DNA from: Thermoanaerobaculia bacterium
GTDB taxonomy: Bacteria; Acidobacteriota; Thermoanaerobaculia; UBA5066; Gp7-AA6
DNA: 64,000 nt
Assembly: GCA_038203955.1 (NCBI GenBank)
Contig: JBBRDK010000001.1
Span: forward strand, 4,030-68,029
Direction: 5' to 3'
The notes under the pieces were generated by a model that was not told where the DNA came from, searched no databases, and saw only the letters and a program-made list of their open reading frames with translations. Shown here piece by piece: positions 37,014-46,163 of this stretch. A program made the position numbers and the translations under genes. The first letter of the stretch is position 1; every line of letters starts with the position of its first letter.

Positions 37014-37057
37014 GGGAAGTTGAGAGTTGAGAGTTGAGAGTTGAGGGTTGAGAGTGA
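37006..37057. repeat. Heptamer array (AGAGTTG/AGGGTTG)x~6, preceded by two GGGAAGTTG junctions
   Basis: Read directly. The array overlaps the TGA stop (37011-37013) of the DUF4149 gene and lies between convergent genes. Confidence 0.9.
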
Positions 37058-37094
37058 GCGCTTAACCTTCCGCATTCCGCCTCCCGCCTCCCGC

Positions 37095-37478
37095 CTACCG
37101 TACTCTTGCAATCACGTCGATCTCGAGCGGTGCTCCCTTCGGCAGCCCGGCGACCGTGACCGTCGACCTCGCGGGCCGGTGCTCGCCGAACCGCCGGGCG
37201 TAAACGGCGTTCATCGAGGGAAAGTCCTCGGTCCGTGTCAGGTAGACGGTTGCCTTCACCACGTCGGAGAATGTGAGCCCGCCTTCGCGCAGGACGGCCT
37301 CCAGGTTGTCGAAGATGCGCTCCGCGGATTTCTCGATGCCGCCCGTGACGAGCTCGCCGCTCTCGGGATCGAGCGGGATCTGACCGGAAGCGTAGAGGAA
37401 TCCCCCTTCAATGACGGCCTGAGAGTACGGGCCGATGGCCTTCGGTGCGCCCTCCGTCGCGAGATATTTCATGGTCAT
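37095..37478 (-). CDS. ridA: RidA family reactive-intermediate deaminase
   Basis: The ATG at 37478 starts MTMKYLATEGAPKAIGPYSQAVIEGGFLYASGQIPLDP...VEIDVIA-type sequence, 127 aa. Confidence 0.9.
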   Translation of the reverse strand: MTMKYLATEGAPKAIGPYSQAVIEGGFLYASGQIPLDPESGELVTGGIEKSAERIFDNLEAVLREGGLTFSDVVKATVYLTRTEDFPSMNAVYARRFGEHRPARSTVTVAGLPKGAPLEIDVIARVR

Positions 37479-38065
37479 CTCCGGCTCTCCGCCGTTTCCC
37501 GTTTCCCGTTTTCCGTTTCCCGGCCCTCGTTCCCCGCTTCCGGCTCCGGTTCGAGGATCCCGATGAACGGAAGGTTGCGATACATCTCGGCATAGTCGAG
37601 CCCATAGCCGACGACGAAGTGATCGTCGATCGTGAAGCCCAGGTAATCGACCGGGATCCCGTCGTTGCCGGCGATCTTCTTCTTGAGCAGAGCGCAGATC
37701 TTGACCGACTTGGGATGCCGCGTGCCGAGGAGCTCGATGATCTTCGTCAACGTCCGGCCCGTGTCCACGATGTCTTCCACGATGATGACGTCCCGGCCCG
37801 CGACGTCCGTCGACAGATCGCGCTGAAGGCGCACGTTCCCGGAGGACTTCGTCCCCGACCCGTAGGAGGAGACCTGAAGGAAGTCGAGCGACACGGGCGT
37901 CGTCTGGAGCTTCTTGGCCAGGTCGCACAGGAAGAAAATCGAGCCCTTGAGGATGCCGACGAGCAGGGCGGGACGCCCGGCCTGGTCGCGGTCGATTTCG
38001 GCCGCGATGCGGGCGACCCCGGCGTCGAGGGTCGCGGCGTCGATGAGCGTCTGGCCCAGTTTCAC
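37475..38065 (-). CDS. hpt: Hypoxanthine phosphoribosyltransferase with a repeat-encoded C-terminal tail
   Basis: 196 aa with a GTG start, the PRPP motif VIIVEDIVDTGRT and a conserved end YRNLPFIGIL. About 25 extra residues follow, encoded by the GTTTCCC array. The stop overlaps the ridA ATG (ATGA). Confidence 0.9.
   Translation of the reverse strand: MKLGQTLIDAATLDAGVARIAAEIDRDQAGRPALLVGILKGSIFFLCDLAKKLQTTPVSLDFLQVSSYGSGTKSSGNVRLQRDLSTDVAGRDVIIVEDIVDTGRTLTKIIELLGTRHPKSVKICALLKKKIAGNDGIPVDYLGFTIDDHFVVGYGLDYAEMYRNLPFIGILEPEPEAGNEGRETENGKRETAESRR
37494..37521. repeat. Heptamer array GTTTCCC GTTTCCC GTTTTCC GTTTCCC (complement GGGAAAC)
   Basis: Read directly. It lies inside the 3' end of the hpt ORF and is followed by GGCC, giving the GCCGGGAAAC junction on the complement. 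Confidence 0.9.
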
Positions 38066-38163
38066 GCGAAAAACGCCGGAATTTCCGCCTCGGTGGCGGG
38101 TCGAGGGGCGAAAGCGGCGATCGGAGCTAGAATGGTCCTGACCTCACCCATCCAGAAAAAACG

Positions 38164-39669
38164 ATGTCCGTAGAGAAAATACAGCTTCTCCACGAAGACT
38201 ACATCCGCCTCACCGAGCGGTTCAAGGCGCTCTGGACGTTTCACCAGTTCGTCCGCGGCGTGTACAAGACTTTCTTTTCCGCGGACGCCGGCTACACGGT
38301 CGATTTCACCGCCCTCTACGAGGACGTGAAGACGATCGCTTCGCGGATCAACACGGGCTCACCGGAGACCGTCGACCCGCTCCTTCGGGATCTCAATTTG
38401 CGGCTGGACGGCGTCGCGCGGCAGCTCCGCGACGTCGACCGCAAAGTTTCTCCCTCTTTCATGCGGCGGTTCTTCGAGAAGGTCCGTCCCCAGGACGAAA
38501 AGATCGCCTTCTACCTCCTGCGATTCTATTTTTCCCAGCCCGACATCGACGAGGACGTGATCGACAAGGTCGATTTCCTGGCGACCGTCGCGGCGACCGG
38601 CCAGGCGGATCCCGAGGCCTCCGCGACCCGCCCGCGCTCGCAGATCCGGAAATTCTTCGAGTCGCTGACTTCCTCGTCGATCTGGCCCCGGATGGACAGC
38701 GCGATGACGCCCGCGATCGTGCGGGCGTTCGACGAGCTCGCGACCGACGTCGCCAGCGCCCGCGAGTTCGAGGAGCTCCTGAATCAGCGGCTGCTCGAGA
38801 ACGTCCGCACGATGAAGAGGCGCGTCGCCAACGGCCTCTCGAACGCCGAGATCCTGACCGCGGTGGCGTGGTGCAATTTGACCTCCCGCTCCGTCTTTCA
38901 CCGGCTGTACGAGCGCGAGGAGCGGCGGCTGGACGAGGCGACCGGGCGGATCACGAACCTCGAGCGCGAGCTCATCCGCGGGGGCGGCGATGCCGCGCCC
39001 CCCGAGGAGTTCCAGCGCTTCCGAGACTCGCGCGTCAAGTTCGACCGGCAGGCGATGGACCACAACGTCCGCGCTCAGCACGTCATGGAGCTGAAGAACG
39101 CCATCGGCGACGTGTTGACCAAGTTCGACATTTCGGGGCTGGCTGCCGAGGACATCGACCAGGCTCTGGAGCTCGTCGAAGAGATCGAGCCGGACGGATC
39201 CGACGAGAATTTCTGGCGCCCCTGCCTCGACCGGGTGCTCGCGGCCGTCGAGCTCTACGACGACGGCGTCGGCCCTCTTCGGACGAACGTCGCCGGACTC
39301 AGCCACTTGAACCTCGAGTCCTGGGAGCTCGCCGCCGCGCGGCGCGCCGTCGCGCACGGGGCGCCCGAATCGGCCTCCGACCGAACGCTGCTGTGCGCGG
39401 CCGCCCTGCGGTTCAAGGCCGAGACGGAAGCGGCCGCTCTCGGCTCGTCGGAAACGGGGCCCCCCGCCGCCGAGCTCGTGAAGGCGGCGCGTGCGACGAT
39501 CGCCCGCTCGCCGCAGATCGATCTCGCCCTCTCCGATCTCGTAGAGTCGCTGCCGCGCGGTACGGAGTCCCGCTCCTGGAGCCGCACGCGGTTCCGGTTG
39601 CTCCGGGCGACCTCGGACCTGTGGCTCTCGCTGGACGCGGCGGAAGTCGCGGGGGATGCCGGCGCCTGA
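38164..39669 (+). CDS. Hypothetical all-helical protein (501 aa)
   Basis: It has an ATG start, normal amino-acid composition over the first ~400 aa, no TM or signal peptide, and no motif I recognise. Confidence 0.6.
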   Translation: MSVEKIQLLHEDYIRLTERFKALWTFHQFVRGVYKTFFSADAGYTVDFTALYEDVKTIASRINTGSPETVDPLLRDLNLRLDGVARQLRDVDRKVSPSFMRRFFEKVRPQDEKIAFYLLRFYFSQPDIDEDVIDKVDFLATVAATGQADPEASATRPRSQIRKFFESLTSSSIWPRMDSAMTPAIVRAFDELATDVASAREFEELLNQRLLENVRTMKRRVANGLSNAEILTAVAWCNLTSRSVFHRLYEREERRLDEATGRITNLERELIRGGGDAAPPEEFQRFRDSRVKFDRQAMDHNVRAQHVMELKNAIGDVLTKFDISGLAAEDIDQALELVEEIEPDGSDENFWRPCLDRVLAAVELYDDGVGPLRTNVAGLSHLNLESWELAAARRAVAHGAPESASDRTLLCAAALRFKAETEAAALGSSETGPPAAELVKAARATIARSPQIDLALSDLVESLPRGTESRSWSRTRFRLLRATSDLWLSLDAAEVAGDAGA

Positions 39670-39766
39670 GGCGCCCGAGGAGAATCCCTCCGAAGAGCCC
39701 CGGTAGCCGTCGGAGTCGCGCTCGAGGAGTGAAAGACCGCCCGGCGGGCGAAGGGATCCGCGACCG

Positions 39767-39772
39767 TATACT
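39767..39772 (+). promoter_or_regulatory. -10-like hexamer TATACT, 7 nt upstream of the lysS ATG (possible leaderless mRNA)
   Basis: TATACT at 39767-39772, the gap CCCCGCG, and ATG at 39780. Confidence 0.35.
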
Positions 39773-39779
39773 CCCCGCG

Positions 39780-41321
<1,542 letters not shown>

Positions 41322-41329
41322 GGAGAGGC

Positions 41330-41409
41330 GGGAAACGGGAAACGGGAAACGGGAAACGACGGGGGCAACCCGATCGGGGCCGGGAATCGGGAATCGGGAA
41401 TCGGAAATC
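41330..41409. repeat. Composite: (GGGAAAC)x4, a 24-nt spacer, (GGGAATC)x3 plus GGAAATC, then GAAAG
   Basis: Read directly. It starts 9 nt after the lysS stop and ends 37 nt before the lolC/E start. Confidence 0.95.
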
Positions 41410-41445
41410 GAAAGTAGGAGTCTGTCGGGACGGGGCGCGATTCGC

Positions 41446-42633
41446 GTGAAGTACGAATCTTTCGTCGCTCTGCGTTATCTCGCCACGTCGCGGCGCAGCG
41501 CTCATGTCGCGTTGATCTCGACGATCTCCATCGTGGGGCTCGGCGTCGGCGTCGCGGCGCTGGTCCTCTCGCTGTCGCTTCTCTCGGGATTTCAGGACCG
41601 CATCCGAAGTCAGATGTCGGACCGGAGTCCCCACCTCGTCGTTTCTCCGGAGCGCGGCGACCGGCTGCGCGACGCCGATCTCGTCAGCCGCGTTCTCGCC
41701 TCGGTGCCCGGTGTCGTCGCGACGCAGCCTTCGATCGAAGGACGCGGCTGGCTGTCGGATTCCGCCTCGCGGACCACGCTGCCCGTGCGGTTCAAAAACG
41801 CCGCCGCCGGCTCTCTTGCCGACGCCGAGGCCGGGGACGGTTATCCGCCAGCGCGGCTCGCCGCCTCCGTCGCGGGCCGTACCGGGTCGGAGCGGGGGAG
41901 CATCCTTCGCCTCCTCTCGTCTCGGACCCGACTCTCGCCGATCGGGCCCGTTCCCATCGCCGTCGCCGTGCGGGTCCGCGACATCCGCCGCGGCAGCCTC
42001 GTCGAGAAGCCCGCGGACGTCGAGCTGCCCGAAGCGACCGCGCGGCTTCTGTCGGGCATCACCTCCGGCGCGCGAGCCTGGGAGGCGAGGCTGACCGACG
42101 CCTCCGCCGCGGATCGCGCCGCCGCGGCCGTGCGCGCCGCGCTGCCGGCCGGCTACCGCGTGCAGACGTGGCGGGACTTGAACGCGCCGCTCGCCTTCGC
42201 GCTGCGCCTGGAAAAGGTCGTCATCTTCGCGACCGTCGCGCTGGTGATCGTGGTCGCGGCGCTCAACATTGTTTCCAACATCGCCCTCCTCGTCGTCGAG
42301 AAGAAGCGCGACCTGGGAGTCCTGACCTCGCTCGGCGCCGCCCCTTCCTCCCTGGCGCGGATCTACCTGACGCTCGGCGCGGCGATCGGTGCGGCCGGGA
42401 CCCTCGGCGGCGTGCTCGTGGGCGTCGGCGCGTCGCTGATCCTCGACCGGTACCGCCTGGTGCCTCTCCCGGGAGACGTCTATCTCCTCTCGCACGTCCC
42501 CTTCGCGGTGCACCCGCTCGAGGTCGCGACCGTCGCTGTCTTCGCGTTCGCGACCGCGATCCTCGCCGCCCTGCTGCCCGCCCGCGCGGCGGCGCGTCTG
42601 GCGCCCGGGGAAGCCGTGAGGCTGTCGCGATGA
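41446..42633 (+). CDS. Lipoprotein-releasing system transmembrane subunit (LolC/E family, FtsX-type)
   Basis: 395 aa with a GTG start. It has the N-terminus FVALRYLATSRRSAHVALISTISIVGLGVGVAAL and a C-terminal FtsX domain. Confidence 0.85.
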   Translation: MKYESFVALRYLATSRRSAHVALISTISIVGLGVGVAALVLSLSLLSGFQDRIRSQMSDRSPHLVVSPERGDRLRDADLVSRVLASVPGVVATQPSIEGRGWLSDSASRTTLPVRFKNAAAGSLADAEAGDGYPPARLAASVAGRTGSERGSILRLLSSRTRLSPIGPVPIAVAVRVRDIRRGSLVEKPADVELPEATARLLSGITSGARAWEARLTDASAADRAAAAVRAALPAGYRVQTWRDLNAPLAFALRLEKVVIFATVALVIVVAALNIVSNIALLVVEKKRDLGVLTSLGAAPSSLARIYLTLGAAIGAAGTLGGVLVGVGASLILDRYRLVPLPGDVYLLSHVPFAVHPLEVATVAVFAFATAILAALLPARAAARLAPGEAVRLSR

Positions 42634-42695
42634 GACGCCTTCCGCGCATGAACCTGTCCCCGGGCGGCCCCGGCCGCGCCCTCTGAGGCCTCTCC

Positions 42696-43400
42696 ATGCT
42701 CGCCATTCATGCGGAGAGTCTTTCGAAGGTGTACGAGGGCGAAGGGGCTCCGGTCACGGTCTTCACGAACCTCTCGCTCGACGTCGCGGCTTCGGTGTTC
42801 GCGGCGGTCATGGGCCCGTCGGGCGTCGGCAAGTCCACGCTGCTGCATCTACTGGGTGGTATCGACCGGCCCGACTCGGGGCGTGTCGAGATCTTCGGGC
42901 ACAGCCTCGAGGAGTTGAACCCGCGCGAGCGCGCGCGGTTCCGCAACGAGCGGATCGGCTTCGTCTTCCAGTTCCACCATCTTCTGCCGGAGTTCACCGC
43001 GGCGGAGAACGTGGCGTTCCCCCTGCGGATCGCCGGGATGGGAGCGGGGGAAGCCGCCCGGGGCGCGGCGGAGCTGCTCGACCGCGTGGGCCTCGGCGAT
43101 CGAGGGCATCATCGGCCGCGAGCGCTCTCGGGCGGCGAGCAGCAGCGGGTCGCCATTGCCCGGGCTCTCGCGCGAGGCCCGGGACTCCTCCTGGCCGATG
43201 AGCCGACGGGCAATCTCGACGCCGAATCCGCCGCCGGGGTGTTCGCGCTGCTCGAGGAGCTTCATCGGGAGCGCGGAATGACGACCATTCTCGTCACGCA
43301 CAACCCGGACCTCGCAAATCGCTGTGATAAAATCTACTTGATGTCGCGGGAAGGGATCTCTCCCGCACCGGGTTTCTCAGGTCGAGGGTCGCTGAACTGA
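42696..43400 (+). CDS. lolD: Lipoprotein-releasing system ATP-binding protein LolD
   Basis: It has Walker [49 protein letters not shown] and [11 protein letters not shown]. Confidence 0.85.
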   Translation: MLAIHAESLSKVYEGEGAPVTVFTNLSLDVAASVFAAVMGPSGVGKSTLLHLLGGIDRPDSGRVEIFGHSLEELNPRERARFRNERIGFVFQFHHLLPEFTAAENVAFPLRIAGMGAGEAARGAAELLDRVGLGDRGHHRPRALSGGEQQRVAIARALARGPGLLLADEPTGNLDAESAAGVFALLEELHRERGMTTILVTHNPDLANRCDKIYLMSREGISPAPGFSGRGSLN

Positions 43401-43427
43401 GGCGTCTTTCGTTTCCAAGGGGCTCCG

Positions 43428-45857
43428 ATGTTTGAGAAGTACAACGAGAAGGCGCGGCGCGCCCTCTTCTTCGCCCGGTACGAAGCTTCCAAGCTGGGCT
43501 CCAAGGTCATCGAATCCGAGCATCTGCTCCTCGGCATCCTCCGGGAGGGCGAGGACATCATCAAGGAGATCTTCTCGCGCTTCAACGTGAAGCCGGAGGA
43601 GGTCCGCCGGGAGATCGAAGGGGACCGGATCTTCGTCGAGCGCATCTCCTCGACGGCCGAGCTTCCTCTCTCCGAAGAGTCCAAGAAGATCCTCGCCTAC
43701 GCCTCCCACGAGGCCGAATCGATGATGCACCCGTACGTCGGAACCGAGCACCTCCTGATCGGCCTCCTGCGGGTCGACGGCTGCGTCGCCGGCCGGCTCC
43801 TGACGGCGCGGGGGTTCAACCTCTACGGCGTCCGGGAGGAGACCATCTCGCTGATCAAGGAGCGCGAGGTCTCCAAGCAGAAGAAGGAGCTTCCGTTCCT
43901 CGCGGAGTACAGCCGCGACCTGACCTCGCTCGCCACGGGCGGCGGGTTCGACCCGCTGATCGGCCGCGAGAAGGAAGTCGAGCGGATCATCCAGATCCTG
44001 TCCCGGCGCACGAAGAACAACCCGATCCTCCTGGGCGAGCCGGGCGTCGGGAAGACGGCGATCGTCGAGGGCCTCGCGACGCGGATTGTCGAGGGCGCGG
44101 TCCCGATGTTTCTCGCGCAGAAGAAGATCCTCGCTCTCGATCTCTCCCTGATCGTCGCTGGCACCAAGTATCGCGGGCAGTTCGAAGAGCGTCTGAAGGG
44201 AATCATCCGCGAACTGCGGGAGAACCCCGACCTCATCATCTTCATCGACGAGATCCACTCGCTGATCGGCGCGGGTTCCGCCGAGGGGTCCCTGGACGCC
44301 GCCAACATTCTGAAGCCCGCCCTCTCGCGGGGCGAGGTCTCCTGCATCGGGGCGACGACCCTGAAGGAGTACCGCAAGTACATCGAGAAGGACCGCTCCC
44401 TCCTGCGCCGCTTCCAGGCCATCAACGTGACCGCGCCCTCGGAGGACGAGACCTTCGAGATCCTAGAGGGCGTCAAGGACCGGTACGAGCAGTTCCACAA
44501 GGTCCGCTATTCCGCCGAAGCGATCAAGACGGCCGTCTACCAGTCCAACCGGTACATCACCGACCGGTTCTTCCCCGACAAGGCCATCGACCTGCTCGAC
44601 GAAGCGGGCGCCAAGGTGAAATTGAAGCGCGTCGCCGATACCCAGAATCTCCGCAAGCTCGAGGTCGAGACTCGCCAGATCGTCAAGGAGATGAAGAAGG
44701 CGATTTCGGACAAGGACTTCGAGAAGGCGGTCTTCCTCCGGGAACGCGAGATCGAGCTGAAGGAAGAGATCGAGCGGACCAAGACGCAGACCGCGGAACG
44801 GAGCGAGGCCACCCAGGAGGTCACCCGCCGCGACATCGAGGAGATCATCTCCTCCTGGACTGGGATCCCGGTGGCCTCCCTCGAGATGGAAGAGGCGGAG
44901 AAGCTCCTTCACATGGAAGACGCGCTGCGCCGGCGGATCGTGGGCCAGGAGGCCGCGATCATCGGCGTCTCCAAGGCGATCCGGCGCTCCCGCCTGGGCG
45001 TCAACAACCCCAACCGGCCGATGGGCTCCTTCATCTTTCTCGGCCCTTCGGGCGTCGGGAAGACCGAGGTCGCGCGGCGCCTCGCGGAGTTCCTCTTCGA
45101 GAACCCGAAATCGCTCGTCCGCTTCGACATGTCCGAGTACATGGAAAAGCACGCCGTTTCCAAGCTGATCGGCTCGCCTCCCGGTTACGTCGGGCACGAG
45201 GAGGGCGGCCAGCTCACCGAGCGGATCCGCCGCAACCCCTACAGCGTGATCCTGTTCGACGAGATCGAGAAGGCGCACCCGGACATCGCGAACCTGCTCC
45301 TGCAGATCCTCGAAGACGGGATCCTGACCGACGCGTACGGCAACGTGGTCGACTTCAAGAACACGCTCATCATCATGACGTCCAACATCGGGACGAAGTA
45401 CCTGGTGAACCGGACGAGGCTCGGGTTCGGCGGGACGAAGGAGATTCAGAACAGCCGGGAGATCGAGGATCTGGTTTTGAAAGAGCTGAAACGCGACTTC
45501 TCGCCCGAGTTCATCAACCGGATCGATGAGACCATCGTGTTTCATCCGCTCGGCCGCGAGGAGCTCACGAAGATCTGCCGTCTCTTGATCGACGACGTGA
45601 ACACCACGATCGCTTCGAAGGGCGCGAGCGTCGACGTCGACGACGCGGCCATTCAATGGCTTCTGGAGCAGAGCGGGGACGATCCCAACATGGGGGCGCG
45701 CCCGCTGCGGCGCTCGATCCAGAAGTATCTCGAAGATCCCGTCTCGGAGCTCCTGATCCAGTCTCGCGAGGAAAAACTCGATGCCATCGAAGTGCGCGTC
45801 GGTCCCGCCGGCCTGACGGTGATCGCCCGCGAACCGGAGCCGATCGTCCAGGACTGA
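43428..45857 (+). CDS. clpC: ATP-dependent Clp protease ATP-binding subunit ClpC
   Basis: 809 aa with Clp_N repeats, two AAA+ modules (GEPGVGKTA; GPSGVGKTE) and a UVR-like linker (KDFEKAVFLREREIELKEE). Confidence 0.9.
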   Translation: MFEKYNEKARRALFFARYEASKLGSKVIESEHLLLGILREGEDIIKEIFSRFNVKPEEVRREIEGDRIFVERISSTAELPLSEESKKILAYASHEAESMMHPYVGTEHLLIGLLRVDGCVAGRLLTARGFNLYGVREETISLIKEREVSKQKKELPFLAEYSRDLTSLATGGGFDPLIGREKEVERIIQILSRRTKNNPILLGEPGVGKTAIVEGLATRIVEGAVPMFLAQKKILALDLSLIVAGTKYRGQFEERLKGIIRELRENPDLIIFIDEIHSLIGAGSAEGSLDAANILKPALSRGEVSCIGATTLKEYRKYIEKDRSLLRRFQAINVTAPSEDETFEILEGVKDRYEQFHKVRYSAEAIKTAVYQSNRYITDRFFPDKAIDLLDEAGAKVKLKRVADTQNLRKLEVETRQIVKEMKKAISDKDFEKAVFLREREIELKEEIERTKTQTAERSEATQEVTRRDIEEIISSWTGIPVASLEMEEAEKLLHMEDALRRRIVGQEAAIIGVSKAIRRSRLGVNNPNRPMGSFIFLGPSGVGKTEVARRLAEFLFENPKSLVRFDMSEYMEKHAVSKLIGSPPGYVGHEEGGQLTERIRRNPYSVILFDEIEKAHPDIANLLLQILEDGILTDAYGNVVDFKNTLIIMTSNIGTKYLVNRTRLGFGGTKEIQNSREIEDLVLKELKRDFSPEFINRIDETIVFHPLGREELTKICRLLIDDVNTTIASKGASVDVDDAAIQWLLEQSGDDPNMGARPLRRSIQKYLEDPVSELLIQSREEKLDAIEVRVGPAGLTVIAREPEPIVQD

Positions 45858-46163
45858 CCCGCCGATTCTTTTGCCCGCGTCGCGCACGCTCCGCTCATTT
45901 CGCAAGCCCCGCCGGAACGAAAGACACCCTATTCTCGTTTTGAATCACGGGCCGCGAGGACGGATCCGTAGCGAGGGGGTCGCCTTCTCACCGCAAGGGA
46001 GGAGCGAGCGAAGCGACGTGAAAAAGCGGAAGAAGGTAAGCTCCCCCCTCGTTTGGACAAACATCTCGATGTGCGCATGGAGTCTCGCTCCGGGAGCCGA
46101 CAGCGGGTGGCAGGGCCAGGTGGCGGACGGTTCGGCTCTCCTCTCCGGCGGAGCGTCCCCGAT

